A stretch of 46,113 bases of DNA, counting the filler, from Jimgerdemannia flammicorona (lineage: Eukaryota), in NCBI GenBank assembly GCA_003990765.1. It is 2 parts of 2 records of this genome, joined end to end, with 100 filler letters (N's around TTAATTAATTAA, not from the genome) between each part and the next. Parts side by side here need not be neighbours in the genome. Positions count along the whole stretch, not along the records: positions 1 to 23,016 come from RBNJ01001170.1; positions 23,117 to 46,113 come from RBNJ01001171.1. One strand, 5' to 3'. The notes beneath the pieces are model-generated. The model saw only the letters and a list, made by a program, of their open reading frames with translations. It had not been told where the DNA came from and ran no database searches. The position numbers and the translations under genes are program-made. Numbering within the stretch: the first letter of the stretch is position 1; every line of letters starts with the position of its first letter. Shown in pieces: positions 19,940 to 33,905 of the stretch.

Positions 19940-22616
19940 GATATAATTAGTACTATATATATAAAAGACTGGGTCTTTATTTCTTAAGATATCTATTTAT
20001 ATAGGTGGTCTTTCAAATAGATCAGAGAGGTCTTGAATTTATTAATTAGAGTTGTCATTCAACAAGAGACTCTAATTCTTAATCTTGAGGAGAATTCAAA
20101 AGTAGGTCTCAGTAGTTATATACTTTTACTTTCAGTTCATCTACTTTAGAATAAGAGAGGTTCTGGATATCTGAGATTTGTATGAAGTTAAGATTGAGAA
20201 TTACATAGAGAGTATACTAGAAGATTTGATAGATCTTCTTGATAAGTCCCTATTTATATCTGTTTAAATTAGTCTAGACAGTAATTTGGTCTATAGTTAG
20301 ACCCTAGCAGTATTAGTAAATATGGTGACTAATTTTATATTTATGTCAGATCTCTAAGTAGTTGGTAGATTGGTAGGTCCTTTTAATAAGTTTCTAGTAG
20401 TTGAGAACAAAATGTCCTAAATCCTGACTAATGAGATTAAGAGTCTTAGAGTGGAAGTTCCTTCCTTATATTATAACCTTAATGTGACCAAAGAGGTAGT
20501 CTATAGAACTTGGGAAGAACTGACCTCAGTGAAAAGTCTAATAGTTATATTGAAGAGATATCTTTGTAATTTTCTAAAGTAGAGATAATATTTGATATTC
20601 TGCCTTTTATTTAATATTTATATCTTCTTACAGTATTGCTTTATATTAATTATAACTACTTTTAACTTTGATATATTTCTGATAACTGTTTTCTTATTCT
20701 ATTATAAGATAAATAACCTACTAATATAAGCTAGACATATACTAGTTATATAGAAGTTGATATAGTAATATTAGGTTAAGAATATCTTATTTCTAACTTT
20801 AGATAAAGAGTTGGTTACTCTATTAAGATATCAACTTCTAGGCTATAGACTAAGAGTTTGAATCTAACTTTATGACTTCTATAGTTACTAATAAATACTA
20901 TATATAGCTATTATATATTGCTTTGACTTTGTATAGTTCTCTGTAGTTATTAAAGATCTAGAGAAGTTCTTCAATAGAATAATCTTTTATTTCCTTCAGT
21001 ATTATATATAAATAGCTAGATAATACTAAATACTAATAAATTTCTCAGTATATTGAGTAAGGTTTGATTATCTTATTTAGAGTAAGAGCCTTAGTATCAG
21101 TCTGACTAGCTAAAAAGAGATTCAAACTCTGCTCATAGCTTCTCTTTAGAGAAATTATTAGTATTATATCTTTAGTAGATCTCCTGATAGAATACTCTCT
21201 AGTTGGGAGCCATTGCTATTAATAATTTAAGAGTAGTAACTTACAGACAATCAATATATTCCTCTTTTGCTAGCTATAGTAGTTAATTATTCCTTTTGAG
21301 TTATTCTATATATTATTTCCTATTAGTATTCATTATTAATATATTCTAGATAATTATAAGACCATTTTTCACTTAATTATACTTTTCTATCTTAGTTAAT
21401 TTAGAAGTTAGAGTTACAGTTCTCTCCTTTATTAAAAAGTGAGAGTATTTATATACTTCTGTAGTACTTTTTGTATATTTTTCAGAGTTTTTCCTTTTTT
21501 CAAATCACATTATAGGTGGGGTAGTTCTTTTACTTAATTAAAAAAAACTACTTGACTGTTTTTATATATCAGTAGATCTTATAATTCAAAATTCATCAAT
21601 TTTGAATTTTTCATAATTATTAATTCTAACTGAGAGTAATGGTGATATGTACTATATACTCTGAAAAAGATTTCTTATAAAAGTCTACTAGTTAACTAAT
21701 GTAGAATATAGATGCATATAAATATTATAAGAAAGCTTTAGTTTGTAGTTAACTTTACTAAGTTTTGTTAGAATTTAATATAGTCTAATTTCTCTAGCTT
21801 AAAGTTTTTTTAATAGTTACTATACTAAAGTATCTAGATGTAAGTGGTTGTTCTAAGTATGATCTGGTCACTGATATTGTAAGAAGCTTCTCTTTGTATA
21901 ATAGTTCTAGTTTCTTTAAGAAGAAGTAGCTAAGTTCTGAAAATTCTAGTAGATCTAAAGTAGCTTAAAGAAATACTTATAGATTCAAGTATTCTTGAAG
22001 GATTTCTGAGAGAAAATATTCTGAGCTTTATTCAAGTAGAGAATAAGAATAGTTATATAAAATCTGAAAGAAAGATCTAAAAGGATCTTAAAAAAGAAGA
22101 GAAAAGTCAAGAAACAGATTTTTTATAAAGATGACTAATAGAATTCTACAATGTTTCAAAAGATTTTATAACTAGCTAAGATAAAATACTTGGTATCAAG
22201 AAAAGACTAGAGAAAAGATACAAAAAAATACTAAGACTAAAATATAATTGTGAAATTGTTACATCTCTCTCTTCTTAAGAACCAATATCCTCATTGAGTT
22301 CTTAAATATATAAGACTAAATATACTTAACCAAAATTTCTCAAACTTATATTAGTGTATTGGCAAGAACTAGTTATTCTTATATAGATCAGAGGACCTAT
22401 TATCAGACTAACTAACTGAGAGAGATTTGAATCTAGCTAGTAGCTTCATTTTAGTAGACTTCTTATTTATTAGATATTCTGCTAATTTCAGGATTTCAAA
22501 GTAAACTTCTGATATATAAGATACTAATTATTGCTATAGGTTATCAATAATTTAAAAAAGTTACTATAGAGATTGAGAAATGTATTTTGTCTTAAAGTCT
22601 TGGACTAGGTCTTTAT
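19940..22616. other. AT/TpA-rich decayed repeat relics, family not assignable
   Basis: No CpG seen, abundant TA/TAG/CTA, no long ORF; no motif could be recognised with confidence. Confidence 0.4.
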
Positions 22617-23016
22617 TGTGAAATACTGGAATTTGAGGGATAAAGGAGCAATCTTTATTGATATGCGTGAAGCGCATATTTACGCGTTGATGACGTTTCC
22701 ACTAATGACATCCTCACACGTGAGCTGCGCCACCTTCATGTGAGCTACATACCGAGTTGATTAGCTAGAAATCTCAACACTCCCGCTCAACGAGATATGC
22801 GCTCAAACTGCAGAAATGTATGCTAACTAACTAATGAATGCAATGCAGGAAATGATAGGTAGAATGGGTGCTATCTATCAATCTAAAAATGTCCGAATTC
22901 CCTGCTTATAAGCACTAAAATAGGTAGAATACGTAGTAGAAAGGGTGCGCTAGGAACTGATAAACAGTCCGAATGTCCGAAATGGATGTCCGCTTGAAAT
23001 GTTTGCTTGCTTGCTT
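22617..23016 (-). mobile_element. Young Ty1/Copia-like element 3' end: 163-bp LTR (22779-22617), PPT and adjacent internal sequence, cut by the contig end
   Basis: Minus strand reads GTTGAGCGGGAG|TGTTGAGA...AATAAA...TTTCACA, a Copia-typical PPT/LTR junction with TG..CA ends. CpGs are intact, in sharp contrast to the flank. Confidence 0.75.
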
Positions 23017-23116
23017 NNNNNNNNNNNNNNNNNNNNNNNNNNNNNNNNNNNNNNNNNNNNTTAATTAATTAANNNNNNNNNNNNNNNNNNNNNNNNNNNN
23101 NNNNNNNNNNNNNNNN
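23017..23116. other. Artificial contig linker (N44-TTAATTAATTAA-N44)
   Basis: Symmetric N runs surround a 12-mer with stop codons in all six frames; total exactly 100 bp. Confidence 0.95.
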
Positions 23117-26100
23117 CCTACTCCCTCTCGATGGAAGACCACTTTGTCAACCACCATCTCCACCCTCCCCCCACACTGGCTACAGATCCCTTCCACCAGA
23201 CGGCAATGTCGCCCACCCTGGGGACCCCAACCAACCCACAACCCAGTAAGAAGATTACCCATCAACTCCTCCCACCTCGCCAACTTCTTCTGCATCCCTG
23301 TCTATCACCCTTCCTCAAAAACAAATAGCCAATATCCAGCCAACCCTACCCACTGCAATCACCCACCCTACAGTGAGCCACCCATTGCCAACACCTCCCA
23401 CTAGTCTAGATTTCAAATCCTCCCAGTGACCTCACTCACCAACTGGCCTCCGTACTACACCCAGCCTGTTCCCTATAGCTAGCCAAAAGTCCCCCAATAC
23501 CTCACACTCTCTCAGCCAATGTTCTGGCATCTGCACAAAACCCCCAGCTTGCCCTACATTATAACACTCCTCACAATCCAATCAGCCACCATCCACTAGG
23601 TGCCCAGCACGGAAATTCAACATAACATTCCTTCGCAGCATTCGCCACCATACTACCCAGAACTTGGGAGGAAGCCACCACTGCACCTCAGCACTCCAGA
23701 CCCAGATTCCTGCCCAGTCCCACTCCTCACCAATCCCCACTGCCTGCCAACTACTTGGCCAAAGATCCTGGCCAAGTCCCCACTGATACACCACTCTATC
23801 ACCAATATCAAACTCAGCAAGTAGAACCCCCCCTAGCAGCAGTCTGTCCTAACGCCACATTGCAGGGACCCACACCTCCTCCCTCTCATTACCTTGCCAG
23901 CACAGGCCTATCTGGTGTGCTCCATCCACCACCCCCCACCAGAAGCTCTTATACCACAGCTGTCAGCTTCCATTCAGCCCCACCAGAGAGAGCAAGTCTC
24001 CTGAGGACCCCTGAGGTGCGAATCTCATCTCCCACACCTTCTGCATCAGCGGAACCCAACCTCCTCCTCGTAGTTCAACTGCCCTTCACAACCACCAAGC
24101 TCACAGACAGTGTAGCCTCCTAGGAAAATCCACAAGACCTAGGCCTCCTCTAGCCACTGGCTCCACAAGGGTATCCCAACTAATCTGCGACCTTCTCCCT
24201 GCCCAAATCCAATCCCAAGCCAGCTTCATCAGCCTCTTCACCACCCAGGCTGGAAAGTCCAAGTGATACACCACATATCATAGCTTGGGGAACCAGTACA
24301 CATTCAGGATCGACATCCACCCCACCAGGGAGATGTGATGACCCCCCCAACCTCTCAGAGCCTCCCCCCAAATGACCACCCTCCTCTCCCACCACCCCTG
24401 TGGTAAGACTGATCCATATATAGAAAGGAAGATACTGAGATACTGCACCACCTCTCCTGCAGGGACAATTGTTCCAATGATGTCCCCTCCCACCAACCCA
24501 TTCCCCAACACCAATGTCTCACACTAATGCCAGGTGAGTTTCACCCCAGAGTGTATCTCATACCATTCTACAGCATCTGTAAGTGCCTCAACATCCACCA
24601 CTGATCCAAGACCAACTACCATATCATCTGCAAAGGCCCCCACCTTCCACACCATCATACATAAAGAGCCCAGCCACCTTCTGATAGATCCTATCCATTA
24701 AAGGCTCTAGTAAAAGGGCATACAGAATAGGGGACAATGGATCACCTTGAGGCACTCCTCTCCCCAAGGAAAATGCCAAACCCATGTAACCATTGCACAT
24801 CAGTGCTGCCCTACTGCCCTCCAACAAACTCAACATAGAGGCCTGAAACTGTGGTGGGACACCACTCCTGTCCAGTACCTTACCCAGCCATACCCACCAA
24901 ACATGGTCATAGGCCTTCTCCTGGTCCAAAAAGGCCAGTCTACCATCCAGCCCACAGGTCCAAGCCCCTTCAATGATGTCATGCACTCAGGCAGTTCCAT
25001 CTCTGATAAGCCTACCTCCCACAAAACCCCACTGCTCCCCACACAGCACCTGTTGAGCAACTTTCTGCAGCCTTGCAACAATCACTTTTGTCACCAACTT
25101 CCAGTCCATATCCAAAAGCATGATTGGCCTCCAATTCTTCCAGTCCTCTTGCCTGCCCTTATCTTTGTACAATAAGGCCACCAACCCTAAGTCCTGCTCT
25201 CCAACCCACTTGCCATATAGAAGAACATGGTCACAGAGGGCAGCCATCTCTCCAAGCATTCCAGGGACCTTCGCCATCTTCTTCCAGAAGTCCCAAGGTA
25301 ACCCATCCTCCCCAGGTGCTGTCCCAAGCTTAGTAGCTGCAAGGACCCTCTGGATCTCCTCCTCTTGGACTGGTAAGATCAAGTCACCCAGGCCCTCTAT
25401 CTGCAGTGGTTCCCACTCCTCCAGTGTATCTCCAATCACCTCTACATCAGCACCTCCTTCTTCCTCACTCCACAGACCCCACCATCGCTCCTTCAATATC
25501 CCCAAGATCTGTTGCATGCTATGCACCAAATCCCCCTCAGTATTAAAGACCCCATCCCACCAATGTCGCACCCTCCTAGCTTTGAGGAGCCTAGACAAGT
25601 ACCTAGTAGGCCTCTCTCCCTCCTCAAGCCCCTGCCACCATAGCCTGGCAGCCATTCCTCGCATATGAGTCTCCTCCTCCTCTCTCAACACCTGCTGTAG
25701 TTCCACTACTTCCAATCTTGCCCACTCAAACCTCCAATCCTCCACCACAACAGAGTTAAGCAAATCTGCCCATTCCATCTGCAATCTCATCAGCCTATTG
25801 AAAGCATACCATATGTGCTTTCTCCTCTGCCTCCCAGCCTTTCTGCCAGCTCCTCTCCAATAAGCCTTTGCAGCCTCTTTCAATCTCATCCAATGGGCAC
25901 CCACAGACAGACCCTCATGCCTCCAAATAGCAACCTTCGCCTGGATGTCCTCCACCCATGAGTCCCACAACCCCTTCTCAGCCAGCAGGGAGGAGTTAAG
26001 GCACCAATGTCCAGGTCCATCTCCACTCCCCCCAAACTGCCCCTGCCCTAACAGTCTCCAGTGATCAGACCACGGGCACCACACTACCTCCAAAGTCTTC

Positions 26101-26741
26101 CAGACATCAGCACCCCAACATTCGGCTGTCAAAATCCAGTCAATTCTTGTGCCTAACCCATTCATCCAATGGGTGTAGACCCTGGTGTCACCCCACCTTG
26201 TTCAGCCCATATCCCCTAAGGAGCTGAGATTTTCCACCTCCTCCCATACATCCAGACCACCACTCCTCCCACCCGCATTCCTCACTCCATCAGTTCTATC
26301 CAGTTGTGGATCTCAAACCATGTTAAAATCACCACCAAGAACATTGACTCCTTTCTCCAAGAGAATAACCTCCTCCAGCAGCTCCTTAATCCATGTGATC
26401 CTCTCGCCCCTAACTGCCAGGCAGTAGCAAGAGCCCACCCTTACTGATTTCCACCCTGGCTAATACCATTCTCCCCAGACCAAGTGATCACCCCAGCTCC
26501 TGATTCCCCCCAAATCTCCTCTACCCTTCTTCACCAGAATCGCCACCTTTCCAAACCAAGCAATAGCCCCACTCCATTCCTTAGTCCACTCCACCCGATC
26601 ATCCTCATCCTCACACCATACTTCCTGCAGTAAAAAAAGATCAGCCTCCAATCCTTTGAGCCAAGTAAAAATGTTCTTATGCTGCCCAGATCCCCGCAGC
26701 CCATTCACATTCAGAGAGAAAATGTTAGTTGTACTTTTCAT
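23117..26741 (-). pseudogene. LINE copy 3 ORF2 (APE-RT-zinc finger), disrupted
   Basis: Fragments 26460..26741, 24987..26165, 24624..24986, 24278..24514 and 23582..23794 are homologous to copy 2 ORF2. Confidence 0.9.
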
Positions 26742-26772
26742 AAGAAATACTGTTATATATCAAACTCATCCT

Positions 26773-28803
26773 CTACAAATCCGCATTCAAGTCCTCCTGC
26801 ACCAAGTCCAAGACATGTTCCGCAGCTAGTTCCCTCTTCTCAGCTTCCTGTGCCTCCAACCCCCCCAGAAGTTCAACCATTGCCCCATCCTCTTTCTCCT
26901 CAAAGTCCTCATGATACTCCAGACAGGCCTCCTGTCAGAGCTGCAAACCATGATGCTCTGCCCAACAGTAGGCAGCCCGCTCACCAGCAACAACCACCAG
27001 CTCTGCCTTCCTCACCTCATCCACCTCATATCCCTCCTCTTCCAGGAAGATCACAAGAATCTCCACCTTCAGCACCTCCACCACTCCATCTCCTCGCAGA
27101 ATCTGTGCCCAATGCTCCTCAGGCATTACACATAGGTCCACTTCTCCCAACACCTCAGCTGCAAGGTTATCCATCACCTTGCTCATCTACAGCAGGTTCC
27201 CTACCTTCTTCCCTCCAGGAGTCCCTGGCCGCCTAGCATCCAGTATTGTTGTATCAGCTCCTATACTGGCAGCCTTATCCCACTCCTCCTCGGGGACATC
27301 CACTAGCTCATCCTCACCAACTGCCACCACCTGGCCCCCTTTCGCCATATCTGGGACCCCAAAGTGAACTTGCTGGGCCCCCTGCATTAGTACATCCTCT
27401 GCCACCCCTCTCTTCCCAACCAGGTCCCTCTTGATAAGTAGGGGGGGGGTGCCATCCAAATCCTCCTCCCAAACTTCAAAAGTACCATCGGCATAGGGAT
27501 CCTTGCCCAGTACCTTCCCAGCCCCTTCTTCGGTCACCACCACCTCCTCTCCTCCTTTGCTAGCCCATATGCTGGCTTTGATGCCTCTAGCCCCCTCAGC
27601 CCTGGCCACCTTTCTCTTCACCCCTCCTTCCATACTTGCCAACAGCTCCCTCTGCCTCTTGCACCCCTGGGCCCGCTCCCACTGCCTCCTGTCAGTATGG
27701 ATATGTTTCCCATCTACCACCTCCAGATGTGTCGACTCTTCAAACAGCTTCCAGGCTTTCGCCCTTCTCTCCACAGTACCACTCAGCTCCTCCAGAGCCT
27801 CCAACAAGTCCTCCTCCTCCTCTTCACTCCCTTTCACCCTCAACACCTTACAGATAAAAGCTCTCCACATCAGCACTGAGGGCCAGTCGCTTGCCTTCCC
27901 TGTGGCCTCCTTCCCTGCCAGCTGAATCCTGACATCAACATCACCTGTCCTAAACATGGTCCCCTCCCACATCTGGAAGCCAATGTCCACCACATCCCCA
28001 TACTCCACCATCACCTCCTCCACCCTCCTTCTGGTCTCCTCCTTTATCACCACAGGCACCCCCCTCACCAGAAGCTGCACTACTCTGGGGTCCCACCTCA
28101 AGCACTACACCATGGGGACCACCACTTCCCCAACCACTACCCCAGTCTTCAGGGCCTCATCCAGTGGGCCTGCCTCCTCAAAGCCCACCTCAACCCCTTC
28201 CAGACCCTTCAGAAACTTCACTGAGGCTGCCTCAGCCACCTGCTTCGAAATAAGCCCCAGAACCATCCTCACCGTCACTACCAAGCCCTAGAAACACAAG
28301 GTGGCCGCAAACTCCAAGATCAATTTCTTGAGTAACAGTGCCACTGCCAGTCCTGTCACACCATTGGCCAGGTCCCCCTCCTCTTCAGGCCCATCTGCCC
28401 AGCCCCTACATCAACTGTCACATCTGGATTTTTTGCCAGATTCTCAGTCATGCTACCATCAGCAGTCTCACCACTACCCCCAGCATCTACTCCACTTCCC
28501 CCACCTCCCACCAGCGAAGGCCCGCACCCCCAGCATCCCCAACCTTCTGCTTCCCCTTCCCTCCTGCCTGTCCACTGCAAGCTCCCATCGGCCAACCTCC
28601 AGTCCTCAGCGTGTCTGCAAGCTCCTCCCCTGCTGCCCTCCAGCCCCCCCACCAGTACTGCCTCCACTGCCCAAGCTGTCCTGCCCACTCGAGCCACCGA
28701 AGGACTCCATTCCAAGTCCATACCCTCTCCCGACATGTTGCCAGTCGAAGGCCCCAGGTCTGCCCAACCTAGTATGCATATCAGTTCGCTTGCTGGTTGA
28801 CAT
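26773..28803 (-). pseudogene. LINE copy 3 ORF1, frameshifted and with stops
   Basis: Fragments 28606..28824, 27187..28101 and 26935..27186 are homologous to copy 2 ORF1. Confidence 0.85.
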
Positions 28804-29390
28804 TATCTTAGTACCTTTCTCCAATAAACGACTTGAAAGTATGTTGTAAAAGTGTGTGTAATGTGAATTGTAGTGGAGAAAGGTGGCTATCAGTATTATT
28901 CTCAGTAAGAAGAACCCACCACAAGTATAATTCCCAGTATGCTGCCATATAAGGAACCTGCCACACTATACAGAGATTGTTGCACTATACAGAGATTGTC
29001 ATCCAGAAATCACATACTTTTGGAGATCATCATGCATCAAGATCATCATGCTACACAGAGATCATCACACAGAAATCACATAAGAAGAACCACTAAATTG
29101 CCAGACTGTCATGCATAAGGAAACCTCTTGTGCTATATACGAAATTCTACCAATTCCCAGTTGATCCAAGAAGGAAAAGATATACAAATCACCACTACAC
29201 TCAGAGAACCATCCAAATAAGGAAACTGCTTACAGATATTCAGCTTTGACTATTAGATCACTAAATACTAAGAACCTCAGGAATCTTAGAACATTTTGTT
29301 GCTTTTTGACAAAGTAACTAGGGGCTCAAGCCAAACTACATCAACCCCCAACCTTGTAATTTGCCTTCATTGAGTCAGGCACATTACATT

Positions 29391-29408
29391 TGGGGGCTCA
29401 ACTGGGAA
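29391..29408 (+). promoter_or_regulatory. Primer-binding site of A1 (tRNA-Pro-like)
   Basis: TGGGGGCTCAACTGGGAA two nt after the LTR end resembles the tRNA-Pro PBS TGGGGGCTCGTCCGGGAT; the A2 equivalent is at 41393-41410. Confidence 0.7.
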
Positions 29409-29933
29409 CTATTTCAAATAAATATGACTTTTCAGCTCACAAGAACCTACAGCCAAACTGGATATATTTGAGACAACACCAATCTCTGCCACTATAGGAG
29501 AACCAGTCATCACTAGCATTTGGACAGGAAGAGAAGTAATTACATCAAGATTTGCCAACTACCTAGTATCAGAAGGATTCTAATCAGAGACCAGCACTGT
29601 CCAAAATCTCCAACCAGATCAGCCAGATAATATAGGTAGCCCTATTGGAGATTTTGAAGAACTTGCTCAAGAACTAGAAGATCTTATCACATAAGCCCAA
29701 GATCTTACAGCCAGATACCCCATACTAGTCCCATCAATCTCACTAATAGAACCTTTACCACAAGTCCTTGCAGAAGTTGAAGTAGCTCCCACAAGAATAC
29801 CTGGGCTTATTTCACTTTGTTCAAGGCCCAGAACCACATCCTCAGGATACCCAAGCACCCCCATTTCCAGTGATAGTTCGGAATCTGAATCAGAATCAGG
29901 ACTAGAACCAGAATTAGAAAAAGTGATGACAAA

Positions 29934-32900
29934 ATGGCCACATCATTACCAACCTTTGCAGGATATCTAGAGGAAGACCCAGAGAGTTCCTTGATGGAAT
30001 TAAAGGAATCACAGCTCTAAGAAACCTCTCAGATATAAGAAAAATCGCCATCTACAAGACCCATCTCAGAGAACCAGTCAGAGAAATTTTCCACTGAACT
30101 GCAAGTGATCCCAATTCAGAACTAGCAAGGCAGATATAAGCAGCAACATCTGATGAGCTAGAATATGCAGCCATGGTCCACTGGCTTATTGAAAAGTATA
30201 CAGGAAATGAGACCCACCACAAGGCCCTAGAATCCATCATGGGAATGAAGATGAATCTTAGAGAATTGCCCAGAGCCTTCTTCACAAAAATCTAGAAGAG
30301 AATGCATGCTGCTGGGTTCAATGCCACCAATCAGGACATCATAGGTCCAATGATCTTCATGAATGAGATTTCCCTGAACATTGCCCAGCATGTCCATACC
30401 CTAGGCATCAGAAGGTCTGAGGAGCAAGTAGATACAGCCTATGGATTCTTTGATGTCAGACAAGGAACCACCTGGAGTGACTATGACAAGAAAGAAGATA
30501 AAGAAGACATCCTGGTCAAAGCCCTACAAGGACTCCTCCAAGGACAGGAGAGGTCTGAAGAAAGAAGGCCAGCTAAAGAAGGAAAGAAGGACAGGAGTGA
30601 AATCCAAGACCTCAGCTCCAAGTTGGATTGATTGGTTGGACAGATTGAAAAACTTACTATACACAAAAATCAGAGCTACCAAGACAGTAGAGGATACCTG
30701 CCACAGAGGAGCCAAGGTTATTTACCAAGAGATAACAGGAGCTACCAGCGAGAGGAAAGAAGGTATCCTGACAGAGCACAAGTCCAATGCTTCCACTGTG
30801 GACAATTTGGACACTATGCCACTAAATGTGACAACAAAAGAAGTGACCAAAGGGACTCAGAACTACCAAACTAGAGGAATGACACTCAGTACAAGAAGAC
30901 TGAAGTCTATCCTGTTAAATATTTCAAGGAAGCAAGCAACAGTGAAGACTACAGTGACCTAGACTTGTACCCTACTAAGGTTACTACCTGAAAAGCAGTC
31001 TACCCAGCAGAGAAGAGGAAGAGACCTGTAGGAAGGCCATCCAGGAATATCAGCAGAAGAATTATCCAAGAAGAAGATGAAGAACATAAAGAGGAGCAGG
31101 TAGAAACACCTCCCCAGACCCCCTCACCTTTCGTCCCCAAGACAAATGAGCTGCCACCAGAGAATGAAGAAATGGAACAAGAAGAATGAGAACCTACTAT
31201 CCCAAAGCCCAAGAAGAAGTACACCCTGAAGATGATGCCCAGGGATATTTATAATGAAGTCTGGCAAAAGATTCAAGAAGCCAAGATGGAAGTCCCTCTC
31301 CTATAGTTCCTGCTACTGACACCAGTGGAGTCTGAAACAAATTACTGAGGACCACCAGGTCTAGCACTGGTAGAGTTCCAATTCCACAGCAAGAGCCAGC
31401 CACTATTCCTATCCAAGCTGCAGAAAGACATGTCAGTACCTACATGGAGATATTGGAGGACAAAAAGCGAAAATCCTCATAAATACAGGAGCAGCTGTCA
31501 GTATCATTGCCAAACGATTCCTGGACACCCTCCAATGGCCCATTGATGGACCATCCAACCTCAGTATCATAGTAGCAGATGGAGCCTGAACTCAACCCCT
31601 CAGAGAAGTACGAAATATCACCATCTCCCTTGGAAACATTCAGATCTTTATCCCAAAAGCAGTTGTCACTGAAGCTGTCACCTATGATATAATTCTTGGT
31701 AACAACTGGATGAAGGAAATGAATGCAGTTGTTGACATTGGTCAACAGGTACTCAAGTTTGACTATCAAGACAGGAAGTACAGAGTCAAAGTAACCAGCT
31801 ATGAGCAATCAAAGAAGAAGAAGAAGGTCACTATCTAGGAAGAGTATGCCAGCAGTGAATAATCTACCACAGAAGAAGAAGAATCTGAAGATGGAAATGA
31901 TCCCAGACTTAATCCCCAGATCAACCTAGTAGATGACAGACCAGAAGACAATGTATGGTTCAAGAACACCATCTCTATTACTATTGGAGCTATTACAGGA
32001 GAAATCAAAGAATGTCCCACCTGTCTCAAGAGACACAAGTGCCCTGAGCACTCCTCCAAGATCATTGGAACAAGGAATTCGCCTGATATAGTCTGCCCCA
32101 AATGTAGAAGAAAGAAGAAGAAATGCAGACATATTTCAGAAATACCTGCAACTGAAGCTGCAGAAGTACAAGCAATTTGGGGTCAAGAATCATCTGAGGA
32201 AGAAAATGTTCCTGACCAAGAAGTTCCCAAACAAGATGCACCTATAGAAGAAGAAGTCCCTGAACTCATCTCCTGGGATGATCCTCGCTGGACACTGCCT
32301 GAAGATGATGACTCATGGAATATGGAAGAAGGACCCAGCACAACCCCCATTATTCCCAAGAAAGAAACCCACCAAGAAAGAGACTTCCAGCTAGGAAGAT
32401 GTCCACACCAAATGATCTTTCACCCATCTTGAGATTACTGCTATCAGTGCCACCTACTTGATCAGCAGGAAAGACAGAAACCCCTGAAACCAGAATACCC
32501 AATAACAGTTGCACAAGCAACGACCTTTCAAGAAGTGACTACTAAGTTACAAATTTGATTTAGAGGACAAGGTCTCTTCACCTGAAGAGAAGTATACCCC
32601 TTATCCACCCTTCTACCAACTTATGATCAAGATGGATACCAATTCCCAAGATAACAGGAGATCAATAACTGGAAACAATATTTTCAAGTAATAGGATATA
32701 GTAACCACAGCAGACAACCAGACTGCCAAGACTGCAGACACCAGAAGATTCACCTTAGTCATGATGTTGCCATCCATATCTTGAAGAGAGGAGATAACAG
32801 AAGTCAGATCTGAAAAAGTCAGACCAAGAAGCCAGAGAGAAGGATCCTCAAGATTTATGATCTAGGAGAAGACCTTCTAGCTCTCATCAGACATGCAACT

Positions 32901-33905
32901 CACCAAGGATGGGCAGAGGATGCCATCAATTTCATGGAAGCCCTAGACTCTACAGGAAGAAGAGGAATCAACTACCTCTGAGACCCCTCTACTAGAGCCA
33001 GGTGGCCACACCTCAACCTGAGAGCCTGGAGGCTTTCTCCTAGTGGAGCCTCAGCCCTAGGTCGGCCCAAACTCAGCAAGGATATTGCCCAGTATGCTCT
33101 GTTGCATCCCAAGGCCAAACCTCTAACCAAAGCCCACCCAGAAGACATAGGATATGACCTTCACAGTTTGGAGGACCAATCCATTAAGTCTGGAAAAACA
33201 TTTATAGTCAGAACTGGACTAGCCATGCAGCTATCCCAAGGAGCTTACATTCAACTTACCTCAAGGTCTGGACTTGCCTGACAAGGAATAACTGTAGAAG
33301 GAGGAACTATTGACCCAGAATATACAGGCAAAATCAAGGTCATCCTATACAACAGTGGTACAGAATGGCACCAAATTATTAAAGGGCAGAAGATTGCTCA
33401 AGAAGTCTTCATGAAGGTCAAGACCCCACAGTTATAAGAAGTTTCTGAACTGACTGAAGGAACATGACAAGCTAGAGGATTTGGAAGTTCAGATAAGAAA
33501 GAAGTACACCTCCTCCAAGTCAACCATCTCAAGAGGAATATCCCTCAGCAAGTGTACCACCAATCAGTCAGATTGCACAAGAATCTCATTCGGGAACCTG
33601 GAGAACAAATCACCTTCGAAATCTTTATACCACCTGATCCCAGAAACCTTTTATTTGAACCCAATGAAGATATCCCATACCTAGACATAGAAGGACACAC
33701 ATTTCCAGACAAGATGAATCCAGTATACTCCCAAGGAACCAACCAAAGTTGGGAAACCATCATCTTGCCAAAAGGAACCATCATAGGATATCTGGTGCCT
33801 TTTCTCAGCTGAACTCACAGAGAAGTTTATGAATTAATCTTATTGGGAAATGACAAAAGGTCCCAGAAGAAAGGAAAGGCCCCTCTGCAACCCAGGAGAC
33901 AGTGA
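29934..33905 (+). pseudogene. A1 gag-protease-Cys-rich linker-dUTPase (dUTPase ~33090-33494)
   Basis: Colinear with A2 41949-45948, with many more C->T stops. Confidence 0.85.

Larger units (their letters stand above)
23117..28885 (-). mobile_element. L1/Tx1-like LINE, copy 3 (diverged subfamily; 3' end lost at the gap)
   Basis: Leader CACCTTTCTCCACTAC starts at 28885, with ATG at 28803 (82 nt). ORF1 runs to ~26773 and ORF2 from 26741 (MKSTTNIFSLNVNGL...GVPQGDPLSP). It is inserted in the 5' LTR of Gypsy A1. Confidence 0.93.

Noticed and set aside
23017..23116. TTAATTAATTAA palindrome, ORF 23065..23295, and adjacency of the Copia end to LINE copy 3
   Set aside because: Assembly linker; the two sides need not be neighbours in the genome.
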